Positions 53,577-64,000 of a stretch of 64,000 nucleotides of DNA are shown in pieces. Location: the NCBI GenBank assembly GCA_951406725.2, contig OX597818.1, positions 49,662,001-49,726,000 of the forward strand, read 5' to 3'. The translations under genes and the position numbers were made by a program. The number at the start of each line of letters is the position of its first letter. The stretch's first letter is position 1. The notes beneath the pieces are model-generated. The model made no database searches, was not told the DNA's origin, and saw only the letters and a program-made list of their open reading frames with translations. The DNA is from Octopus vulgaris. Its lineage: Eukaryota.

Positions 53577-53926
53577 TCTGTTATAGCTTCCATCGATTAC
53601 AAGACTTATATGAATTCCCATTAAATATAGGACCTATAATAGTTCTTATCAGAAGCTAAAATACAAAATATTTTAGCTTCTTCCGATGACGAAGACCTGT
53701 TATATTTCCATCAATTACAAGACTCATATGAATTCCCATCAAATGTAGAGCCTTTAAAAGTTCTCATCAGAAGCTAAAATATAAAATATTTTAGCTTCTT
53801 CCAATGACGAAGACCTCTTATAGTTTCCATCAATTACAAGACTTATAAATTCACATTAAATATAGAACCTATAAAAGTTCTCATCAGAAGCTAAAATATA
53901 AAATATTTTAGCTTCTTCCGATGACG
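53577..53926. repeat. Three ~118-bp tandem units, each with a 13-14 bp hairpin
   Basis: Units start ~53581, 53700 and 53818; agaagctaaaatat-aaa-atattttagcttct. Confidence 0.9.
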
Positions 53927-54663
53927 GAATGTCAAATATAGAACAAGGAGAAAACACTGTTGCTTAATGTACTTAAGCTGTAGTGTTTTCTCTAAGGATT
54001 GTCTCATTAGTAATTTGTGTTTCCTTATTCTTATTCCTATGACACTCCTTGCATACTAAGTGAGCACTAACTCATCTGCTTACTCTGATCACTAAAACAC
54101 ATATCTATATATATATATAAATACTATGTGTAATCATGAAATATATTGTAATCTAACCAGACTCTATAATATATTCACGGTAATAACTTTAACTGTATAT
54201 CTAAATACACAACTAACATGCTTCGGTTTCCACTGTCGTGGCATACAAGCTAGCTGCCGATGCAACTAGGTTGGAATGCAAGTCTAGATTGTCTAATATT
54301 CTCATGAATGGGTATTGGACCTAATTTAATTTACACATGTATGGCTTGGCCATTGTCATGAGTAAATGATGAAATGACAGCACAAATTTAGATCTTTTGT
54401 TTCAACACTGTTTATACACGTCTTCTATGGTATTAAGGAATGTTATTCTAGTTACTCCCACACAGGGATACTATAACACTATTAACATTCAATTTACTTG
54501 TATATCAATGGATTTCTGTTATTGTAACACCATCGACAATTATTTGACCCTGTTGCATGCAGAAAATAAAAATCAAGTTATTTTAATCAACTGATGAAAA
54601 GTCTGAAGTTTCTAGTTTAAAAATTTATTCAGATTCACTCAACCAATGTGTTTATAACTGCAT

Positions 54664-54798
<135 letters not shown>

Positions 54799-54802
54799 TT
54801 AT

Positions 54803-54932
54803 ATTTAAAAGCAGCAGAAATATAACATATTTTTTATATTTCTGCTGCTTTTAAATAAAGCATATTACTCTACCTCTGGTATTTGAGTACTCTTTCTTCC
54901 ACCTTGTTTCACATTTATGTGTTTACTCCGGC
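54803..54932. mobile_element. Fold-back remnant (23-bp arms, 54803-54856) of the same family as 42740-42890
   Basis: atttaaaagcagcagaaatataa..ttatatttctgctgcttttaaat followed by ctggtatttgag..ccaccttgtttc. Confidence 0.75.
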
Positions 54933-54955
54933 ATATATATATATATATATATATA

Positions 54956-55173
54956 TTCTTTTACTTGTTTCAGTCATTTGACTGCATCCATGCTGGAGCA
55001 TTGCCTTTAGTCAAACAAATCGACCCCAGGACTTATTTTTGTAAGCTTAGTACTTATTCTATTGGTTTCTTTTGCCAACCCGCTAACTTACAGGGATGTA
55101 AACACACCAACATCAGTTGTCAAGCGATGTTGGAGGTGGGGGGGGGGGCAAACACAAACACACAAATACATAC

Positions 55174-55219
<46 letters not shown>

Positions 55220-55230
55220 CAGGCTTCTGT
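54956..55230 (-). mobile_element. SINE family A 3' part
   Basis: Reverse-complement copy. Confidence 0.85.
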
Positions 55231-55864
55231 CGTATATATATATATATTATATGGTTTCTATGGCTTTAACTAGTATTTAATAAGGGAGCAACTGAGGTTA
55301 AAGAACATGTCAGCTATATACTGATTTAATTAAATTTTTATCTCTTTCTTAAATGGCTCTACCCTCCTGATCTTAGTATTTATAAGGGCCTTTATATAAA
55401 TAACCCTTCTAAACAAGTACCACTAAGAAACTACAAATATCATGTAGGGAGTAACAATAATAACTTCTTAAACCTATAATATAACCCCTAGTTTTAAAAA
55501 ATGATTAGTGTAAAATATGATTCTTCCATAACTTAAATATTCCTTTAGCCGATACCAGACATCAGTCTTTTATTGATATTAGCTAAATAAGTAAATATGT
55601 AATTTTTTGTCTAATATATTTTGAATTATTTTACTTTTTCTAAAAAATCTTCTCTATTGGTGTTAATAAGCTACATATACTTTACCATACTATTAGTAAT
55701 TAATTACCATACTATAGTAATTTTATTTCCTTTTCTATGGTGTTCTGCTCTACTTGATTATTTTATTTTATTTCTTTATTATTTTATAATTAGCCTTTAT
55801 TTATTTATAAAATTAATCTCATTTTTGTATCTCTATAAATTCATACTTCGCTTATATAAAACTA

Positions 55865-56566
55865 CTAGCAGCATAGCCCGGCGTTGCCCAGGTATGTAAG
55901 AAACTTTGTCGATAAGCAATGCCCTTTACCTTTTTACCCTTTTTTGTACTCATTGAACCGTTATTTTAAAAAATATCGCTGAAAAATCGGTTTGCTATGT
56001 GTGCCACATATGATGTAATTAACTGATTTTTTCCAGTAATAACATATCCTATTGGAATCAAAAGGGCCATATAGCTCCTTGGAGCAGACATGATGCTCGC
56101 TGTGAATTTCAAAAAAAAATTCCTGCCAATTTGTTAAAGATATTGTCGAATATATGTCATCTTGAATTTGAATGCGATTTCCCAAAATGGCATGATTTTA
56201 TCGATTTTTTCTGATGGTAAGGTATTGCATAGAAAACTAACGTCAGAATTAAGTTCCTTAGGGTAACATTAAGTTTCACCATGAGCTTGGTGAAAATCTA
56301 TTGCAAGTTGCGAAAACTACAACGGAAAATGTGTTGCATATGATAAGCTTAGATTCTCGACCCCATGTCGAATTTATCGATTTTTTTAAGAACTGGGGGA
56401 ACTTTTCAAAATTTTCGCTGTTTAAGTTTTGATTTATGACATTGGGCTATGTGTGTGTCAAGTTTCATCAGAATCGGTTGAAAGCCGTGTTCAGGATGAG
56501 GGTACAACCTGACAGACACACAGACAAACACACAGACAGACAAACTGCCTTTTATATATAGAGAGA
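55865..56566 (-). mobile_element. Non-autonomous Helitron (family H2)
   Basis: Minus strand a|TCTCTCTATATATAAAAGGCAG ... cctgggcaacgccgggctatgctgCTAG|t. Confidence 0.85.
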
Positions 56567-56667
56567 TACTGGTATATTCACTACTTATTAAAAAATACTG
56601 CTTAGATTATAATTCTATTAATATATAATTAGCTTGTTCCTTTACCTCAATACTCCTCTATTAATAC

Positions 56668-57552
56668 CATCATCATCATCATCATCATCATTTAACGTCC
56701 GCTTTCCATGCTAGCATGGGTTGGACGGTTCAACTGGGGTCTGGGGAGCCCGAAAGCTGCACCAGTCCAGTCAGATCTGGCAGTGTTTCTACAGCTGGAT
56801 GCCCTTCCTAACGCCAACCACTCCGAGAGTGTAGTGGGTGATTTTATGTGCCACCGACACAGGTGCCAGACGAGGCTGGCAAACGGCCACGCTCGGATGG
56901 TGTTTTTTATGTGCCACCGACACAGGTGCCAGACGAGGCTGGCAGACGGCCACACTCGGATGGTGTTTTTATGTGCCACCGACACAGGTGCCAGATGAGG
57001 CTGGCAAACGGCCACGATCGGATGGTGCTTGTTACGTGCCCACAGCACAGAGGCCAGTCGATGCGGTACTGGCTACGGCCACGTTCGGATGGTTTTCTTG
57101 TGTGCCACGTGCCACCGGCACTGGTACCACAAAGATACAAATTCCATTGATGTTCATCTATTTTGATTTGTTTTGATTTTCACTTGCCTCAACAGGTCTT
57201 CACAAGTGTCACAAGAAGGAAGGTATGCACAGGTGGACTGACTACGTCCCAGGTAGGGGCCATGGGTTATGGCCTGACTAGTCTTGCCGGGTCTTCGGAT
57301 GGTGTTTTTATGTGCCACCGACACAGGTGCTAGATGAGGCTGGCGAACGGCCACGATCGGATGGTGTTTGATGTGCCCACCGCACTGACTACAGCACTGA
57401 TGGATTTCTTGTGTGCCACAGGCACTGGTACCACAAGATACAAATTCCATTGATGTTCATCTATTTTGTCTATTTTGATTTGATTTGATTTTCACTTGCC
57501 TCAACCGGTCTTCACAAGTGTCACAAGAAGGAAGGTATGCACAGGTGGACTA
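56668..57552 (-). mobile_element. Family B retroelement with internal ~60-bp tandem repeats and a duplicated block
   Basis: atgtgccaccgacacaggtgc(c/t)aga..ggccac..tcggatggtg occurs four times. Confidence 0.85.
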
Positions 57553-58375
57553 TACCAATTAACCAATATTCACAGATGTCATCTGATGAGTCAGTATTTA
57601 AGTGTACGATATGTATAAATTTTAAACTATTTCTGGATAATTTCTTTTCCTCCCTCCATTGTGGTAAAAGTTTTGGTATATACTCAAAAGTATTCATAAA
57701 TTTCTATCCTTTTGTTATAATATTCTTCTTAATAATCCTTTGAATAACCCTAAACTTTAACTGTATACAATATAGCAACATTGTTTAAAATATTTAACTA
57801 TAGTACTACATGATAAAACTTCCCCTGTTTCATTATCAATGGTCTGTGCTAGTGGGTGACCCCCTTAATTATCAGCTAACATCATGTTTTAAGTTTACCT
57901 TTACCAAACCTCATGATATTGCTTCTAATAAATCTTGATTTTTATGACTATATCAACTATGATGACTGTCTGCTCCCTCAGCCCTACCCCTAACAGATAC
58001 TGCCCTCTGTTCTCTCAGCCTTAGATATACAAGAGATTTGTTAAACTTGTCTATAAATTAAAACTGACCCCATAAAAACAAAAAAATCAGTGACAAGCAG
58101 AGTCTGTAACAATGTATATCTTCTTGAAAATTCAGTAACTTCTAAACTGGAGTGAGACAGCATGTTCTTTGTCTATCTCCTTAACTTCTTGGAGATTTTA
58201 GGCATAATTATACTAATGTGTCCATCTGTTCTAATTTAATTGAATTCTATGTCTTTATGCAGCTGAAGATTGCTCTACATTTTAAATTGATGTAATGATT
58301 GCATTGTTCAATTAAATGGCGTTACATGAAATGATCGTACTGCATTATCTCTGGATATCCTTGTTGCTTATTGTG

Positions 58376-58377
<2 letters not shown>

Positions 58378-58436
<59 letters not shown>

Positions 58437-58451
58437 TGTGTGTGCGTGTGT
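58378..58451. repeat. (TG)n microsatellite
   Basis: Seen directly. Confidence 0.95.
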
Positions 58452-58458
58452 ATGTATA

Positions 58459-59344
58459 TATTGGGTCATGCCATAAATAATGCATTTTTTTTAATTGCAT
58501 GAACTAAAAGACGGATGGGGATGGTATAAACTACTTGCATCAACTTGCTTTAAAAGCAGGTAGTAATTTTACTTCATGCTTATTCTTAGTGCAAATTTTG
58601 AAGTGTGCAGTTCGATTTTAACAGTTATTTTTTCAAAGCTATTATGGAAGTGACAAAAGAGCATGTTTGGCATATTTTTCTTTATGAGTTCGATAAAGGC
58701 AACACTACAATGGGAAGTGTGATGAATATTGATGCAGTATATGGTGATTGGACAATAAGCGTAAGCCAGTGTCAACAGTGGTTCCAGAAATTCCAAGCTG
58801 GAAACTACAGCCTAGAAAATGAGCCTCATCCTGTAAGATCTGTACAGCTCGACAAGGATGTCCTGCAAACCCTGGTGGAACAAAATCCCATCGTAACTGT
58901 TGAGGAACTAGCAGAGAAGCTTGGATTTGGTCATTCAACCATTTATTGACACCTGCACTAGAGGAAAAATCACCATCTTTGGTTTCAAGACAAAAGATGT
59001 TCTTCCATCAGGATAATGCTCGGTCACATACAGCAAGGATGATATTCCAAAACTGCAGCAGTTTGAATGGGAAAAGGTTGCCCACCCACCATATTCACTG
59101 GACATTGCCCCATCTGGTTATCATTTATTCCAGTCTTCAAAATCATATGAATTCTGTGGATGAGGTCAGAACAGTATTGGGATTAACAAGTGAATTTTGG
59201 AAGTCTTGAAAGCCTTGCAGATAGATGGAAGAGCATTGTAGAAAATGAAGGAGAATATATTTTAGATTAAAAAATAACTCTATATTAATTTTGAAAAATA
59301 AATGAAATATAAAAAAAACGCATTATTTATGAGATGACCCAATA
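58459..59344 (+). mobile_element. Internally deleted mariner transposon (second family)
   Basis: TA-ttgggtcatgccataaataatgc...gcattatttatgagatgacccaa-TA; MEVTKEHVWHIFLYEF, CQQWFQKF, FHQDNARSH, HPPYSLDIAPS. Confidence 0.9.
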
Positions 59345-59364
59345 TATATATATATATATATATA

Positions 59365-59681
59365 TCCGCTCGAAACGTTAAATCTTCTTTCTTTCTTTCC
59401 TTTCCTGAGCGTCCAATGATACTATACTTGTTCCATGTCCTCGCGTTGTTGTGTTTTCTCTTTGTGTTTTCATGTTTAGATTAACATTCAATATGTGACC
59501 GCATATGTATCATCGGCGATTTTTTTTTCCTCCGTCTTTCCTTCCTTGGATCTTTCCTTTTCCGCTTGAAACGTTAAATCCTCCTTCTTTCTTTCTTTTC
59601 CTGAGCGTCCAATAACACTATACTTGTTCCACGTCCTCGCATTGTTGTGTTTTCTCTTTGTGTTTTCATGTTTGGATTAAC
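59365..59681 (+). mobile_element. Partial tandem of the PLE-type repeat seen at 21251
   Basis: Two head-to-tail units ending (t/g)gattaac, flanked by (TA)n. Confidence 0.8.
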
Positions 59682-59720
59682 TATATATATATATATAAGT
59701 ATATATATATACACATATAT

Positions 59721-59914
59721 ATATATTATTTATATAATAATATATGCTCCATTTTGAGCGACTAAACCTAAACAATTGACTGAAAAAAAATGAGCTGAAC
59801 CACTGGGAATTGAACACAATATCAATTCTCAGTGGTTCAGGTCATCTTCTTTCAATCAATTGTTTAGATTCAGTTACTCTAAATGGAGCATATATTATCA
59901 TATAAATAATATAT
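59721..59914. repeat. ~90-bp-arm fold-back
   Basis: atatatgctccatttt..aaacaattga..tgaaccactgggaattga versus tcaattctcagtggttca..tcaattgttt..aaatggagcatatat. Confidence 0.85.
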
Positions 59915-60009
59915 AATTGTAGTTATTATTAAAAGGACCGATGTGTGTCACTTTTTTCTGTAATTTACAGTCTTCAGGTTTGTTTACAAATTTATAAATA
60001 TATATATAA

Positions 60010-60236
60010 CCGATCATGGCCGCTGCCAGACTCCCCTGGCACCTGTGCCGGTGGCACGTAAAAAGCACCCACTACACTCACGGAGTGGTTGGCGTTAGGA
60101 AGGGCATCCAGCTGTAGAAACTCTGCCAGATCAGACTGGAGCCTGGTGCAGCCTCCTGGCTTCCCAGACCCCAGTCGAACCGTCCAACCCATGCTAGCAC
60201 GGAAAACGGACGTTAAATGATGATGATGATGATGAT
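60010..60236 (+). mobile_element. Family B retroelement
   Basis: Family B tail. Confidence 0.85.
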
Positions 60237-60584
60237 ATATATATACATTAAGACCAATTTTACCAATTGGTTTTACACTGGGTATTAAACTGGGTGCTAG
60301 ATAACTGTATGGTAACGTAATACTGTGTGCTCATCAGATCTGGTATGTATGAAAAATATATAGCAACAGTTCTCCATTATAGGAAGCGAAAAAAACTACA
60401 TCCGGTTTGTGTGTTCTGTGAAAAAAGATGAAATGAAGTGAATATGGGTTATATCAAGAATTATGTCCCCTGGCCCCAAATGTCCCCAAGATGTAAGCCT
60501 ACAAGAGTTTTCTGAAAGTGCGAATAGGGGTTAAGATTGGAATGTGTGTAGGGGTAAGTGTTATGATTCACACCTCCCTTTTCC

Positions 60585-60815
60585 TTAACCCTTTCGTTAC
60601 CAACCTGGCTGAAACCGGCTCTGGCTCTGTAGTACAAATGTCTTGTTTTCATAAGTTCTGAATGAAAATCTTCCACCAAACCTTAGTCACAATTTATGTT
60701 CCTAACACTAGCTGAATAATAACTACAGTTATTTTACTAAATTCTTTGTTATATTTAAAGTTAATTGAAAGAAACACAGAGCATCTCAAAATAAATACAG
60801 TAATGAAGGGGTTAA
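60585..60815. mobile_element. piggyBac-type MITE (same family as 13478)
   Basis: TTAA-CCCTTTCGTTAC...GTAATGAAGGGG-TTAA. Confidence 0.88.
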
Positions 60816-60834
60816 ACCTAGAAATTTGTGTGAG

Positions 60835-60883
60835 AGCCACTGATGAGTGATAATGTAAACACAAAATCACTGGTGATATGGCT
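60835..60883 (+). ncRNA. Type-I hammerhead motif, copy 1 of a 160-bp direct repeat (60831-60990)
   Basis: agcca-CTGATGA-gtg...cac-AAAA-tcac-tg-gtga-TA-tggct. Confidence 0.65.
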
Positions 60884-61089
60884 ATGCCCGGTGCTTAGGG
60901 AGCCTGCCTCCCTTGTCAATAAATAAGATGGTGTGTTTTTGTGGCTACGAGTTGATTTGACTCTTATTTCTAGCAATACTGGTGCTGAATAGTGCCCTCA
61001 GTTACTTTAGTGACATATATATTATTGCCTTTTGGTTGAAAAATTTCTAACAAGCCACCCTTGTTATTTATAATTTACACCTTTAATTT

Positions 61090-61311
61090 TTTTTTACTTT
61101 TTACTTGTTTCAGTCATTTGAGTGTGGCCATGCTGGAGCACCGCCTTTAGTCGAGCAAATCAACCCCAGGACTTATTCTTTGTAAGCCTAGTACTTATTC
61201 TATCAGTCTCTTTTGCCAAACTGCTAAGTTACGGAAATCTAAACACACCAGCATCGGTTGTCAAGTGATGTTGGGGGGACAAACGCAGACACACAAACAT
61301 ATACACACACA

Positions 61312-61357
<46 letters not shown>

Positions 61358-61526
61358 TATACGACAGGCTTCTTTCAGTTTCCGCCTACCAAATCCACTC
61401 ACAAGGCTTTGGTCAGCCTGAGGCTATAGTAGAAGACACTTGCCCAAGGTGCCATGCAGTGGGACTGAACCCGGAACCATGTGGTTGGTAAACAAGCTAC
61501 TTACCACATAGCCACTCCTACGCCTA
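61090..61526 (-). mobile_element. SINE family A
   Basis: Full-length reverse-complement copy. Confidence 0.9.
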
Positions 61527-61604
61527 TTTCTGAAATCAACATATTTCTATGGTGATCATGTATGCTGACAAGGTGAGTTGAGTTTAACCCAAGGCATCAA
61601 TGAG

Positions 61605-61653
61605 AGCCACTGATGAGCTTTAATGTAAACATGAAACTACTGGTGATTTGGCT
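61605..61653 (+). ncRNA. Type-I hammerhead motif, copy 2 (repeat 61601-61758)
   Basis: agcca-CTGATGA-gcttta..taaacat-GAAA-ctactggtga-TT-tggct. Confidence 0.6.
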
Positions 61654-61757
61654 ATGCCTAGTGCTTAGGGAGCCTGCCTCCCTCGTCAGTAAATAAGATG
61701 GTGCATTATTGGGGCTATGAGTTGTTTTGACTCTTATTTCTAGCAATACTAGTGCTA

Positions 61758-62385
61758 TACAGGGTGCATAAGGTATATTAGAGGACGTACCTTTTTTGGG
61801 TCATTGCTGCATTTTTTGCTTACTCAGTATAATCTTTATTTCAGAAAATAATAATGGCAGACCCTCAGATAACTCAAGAAATGAAGAGGCATTCTGTTAT
61901 TGTGGTTATAAAGGCTGAGCATAGAGATTTAGAAATATCTTGATTTTTAAAGTTGCCAGATCTTTTGTCTACAAAGTTTGTAAGGAGTTAGAGACTGAAG
62001 ATAGAAACGTATCACCAGTATCAAAGCATAAAAAAGCATTCTAAATGCTCTGAAATCATCAGAACACTTGAATTTATCCAGCAAGTTCAACAGACCATTG
62101 ATTACAATCCCAGAAAGTCCATGAGGTCAATTGTAAAAGATCTCCATTTGACAGAAGGAACAGTCAGAAATGTTGTTCATGAAGACATCAGATATAAGTC
62201 TTATATGATGAGGAAAGGTCAATTTGTCAGAAAAAGCAAAAGAAAATCACTACATCAGATCTAAAAAGCTTTTAAACAAACTGAAAAATCCAGCAGAGGA
62301 AGATTTGATTTGATTTTTCTCAAACAAGAAAAACTTTGACCAAGATCAAAAAATTAATAGAACTGACAGATGGTTATGTGTAGAC
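61758..62385 (+). mobile_element. maT/DD37D-like Tc1-mariner transposon, 5' half, decayed
   Basis: TA-CAGGGTG start; KRHSVIV..LKVARSFVYKV..NPRKSMRSIVKDL..TVRNVVHEDIRYKSY..FFSNKKNF..DRWL. Confidence 0.75.
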
Positions 62386-62560
62386 AGCCAATGCTAGTGT
62401 GTTTATGCCCCCATAACTTAGCGCTTCAGCAAAAGAGATGAATAGAATAAGTACTGGGCTTACAAAGAATAAGTCCTGGGGTTGATTTCTTCGACTAAAA
62501 CCCCTTTAAGATGGTGCTACAGCATGACCACAGTCAAATGACTGAAACGAGTAAAAGAAT
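62386..62560 (+). mobile_element. SINE family A 3' part
   Basis: Tail sequence. Confidence 0.8.
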
Positions 62561-62574
62561 ATATATATATATGT

Positions 62575-62862
62575 TACTGGCACTTGTGCCAGTGTGCAGG
62601 CGACACGTAAAATTACAAAAAAAACCCGATTTTTTGTGGCCATTGCCAGTACCGCCTGACTGGCCCTCGTGCCAGAGTCACGTAAAAGCACCCACTACAC
62701 TCTCAGAGTGGTTGGCATTAGGAAGGGCATCCAGCTGTAGAAACTCTGCCAGATCAAGATTGGAGCCTGGTGCAGCCATCTGGTTCACCAGTCCTCAGTC
62801 AAAATCGTCCAACCCATGCTAGCATGGAAAGCGGACGTTAAACGATGATGATGATGATGATG
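62575..62862 (+). mobile_element. Family B retroelement
   Basis: Family B tail with (GAT)n. Confidence 0.85.
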
Positions 62863-62933
62863 TATATATGTATATACATATAAGAAATTAAATGAAGAAC
62901 AAAGGAATAAGAAACTATGCCATGAACTTCATT

Positions 62934-63013
62934 AGCTCACAGCTGTTTCTGTCATACAATCTAATGCACTCATAGTTGAGTGCTTGTGCATCACCCAGAC
63001 AGTCATTGGAGCT
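62934..63013 (-). ncRNA. Decayed hammerhead-like motif
   Basis: agct-CCAATGA-ctgtc...gaca-GAAAC-AGCT-GTG-agct. Confidence 0.4.
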
Positions 63014-63231
63014 TTGAAAATGAAGTGCTATTTTATTTGAGAAATCATTTACATTTCTATATATATGAAGCTTTAGGGTGGTACACAACCCTATAAGTAC
63101 CTTGCATCTTATAGTAGAAACAGGTGTATGCCAATGAAGTTGATGACAATTTTTTATTCCCTGTCATTTATATAACTTATTACTGCTCTGTACTCAAATG
63201 ATATTATCTTTCTGAAACATAAGCATACTGG

Positions 63232-63322
63232 TGGAGGCACACGGCCTAGTGGTTAGAGTAGCAGACTTGCAGCTGAGGGATCACAGGTTCGAATCTCAGA
63301 CCGGGTGATACGTGTGTTTATG
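63232..63322 (+). mobile_element. tRNA-derived SINE head (family D-like)
   Basis: ggaggcacacggcctagtggttag..ggttcgaatctcagaccggg. Confidence 0.7.
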
Positions 63323-63366
63323 CTCCAAGCATAACGGTCATTTTCATAGCATATTTTGATTGCTTT

Positions 63367-63427
63367 GATAACTGAAGAGATGCTGGTGCAGATTTCCGCC
63401 CTGACATCTGAAACTCAGAGTTTTATC
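63367..63427 (+). ncRNA. Type-I hammerhead motif in a PLE-type repeat
   Basis: gataa-CTGAAGA-gatg...catct-GAAACTC-a-GAG-TT-ttatc. Confidence 0.65.
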
Positions 63428-63627
63428 ATGGCAAGCGAATAATTGTCACATATTATATTACAAATATATATATATATATATTTACAAAATAAATATAAGA
63501 TTATAATATATTATAAAATATTATAATAATCCAGGTTTCTCGGAGCACTAGGCCACTTGGTGTAGAATAGATATACTATTAAATTAGTATCTAATTCTCT
63601 CACCCTTATTAATTAATTATATATATA

Positions 63628-63659
<32 letters not shown>

Positions 63660-63858
63660 TTCCCTGTAAATTTGGATTTATTCCCTAATATTTATTATTA
63701 TTATATATATATATATATATGTAATATGTGCACATTATCAACCTCTCATATTGACCATTATTTGTACCATTGCCTTTTCCATACATTACTCTCTTCCACC
63801 ACACTTTTAGCATTCAACACCTTCCAGCATTATCATACACACATAGTATACACAGACA

Positions 63859-63897
<39 letters not shown>

Positions 63898-64000
63898 CTG
63901 GTACAGGCATGGTTGTGTGGTAAGAAGCTCCATACTTAAGCTCCATGCAGCTCTGGCAGAAGGTAACGACAAACTTCTGCTGATTCTTTCGCCACAATTT

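Noticed and set aside
53577-53926. CRISPR-like array or tandem hammerheads (minus-strand CTGATGA)
   Set aside because: Spacers are homologous to each other, there are no cas genes and the context is eukaryotic; no GAAA follows the putative stem II.
57580-57890. Possible PLE remnants (CTGATGA at ~57583; frameshifted GxAMGxPL..ANI-like motif near 57840-57887)
   Set aside because: Too degenerate to support without a profile search.

Overview
Eukaryotic, AT-rich, repeat-dominated DNA that looks intronic or intergenic. The SINE repertoire, microsatellites and overall style point to an octopus (coleoid cephalopod) genome; this is my recognition, not a database result. I find no convincing host protein-coding gene: almost all listed ORFs are microsatellite or SINE read-throughs, and the protein-like ones are decayed transposon fragments (RTE, CR1 and R4/Dong LINEs; Tc1, mariner and maT transposases; Helitron PIF1 helicase). 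The window holds about 25 copies of one tRNA-derived SINE, several other modular SINE families, piggyBac-type MITEs and Helitrons. The most interesting signal is a set of about 10 unrelated short repeats carrying minimal type-I hammerhead ribozyme (HHR) motifs of the Penelope-like-element (PLE) kind, many arranged as fold-back palindromes. One of them (8206-8876) is a TSD-flanked palindrome of two head-to-head tRNA promoters, each joined to an HHR-bearing PLE-type tail. Family labels A-E are my own and many element boundaries are approximate.
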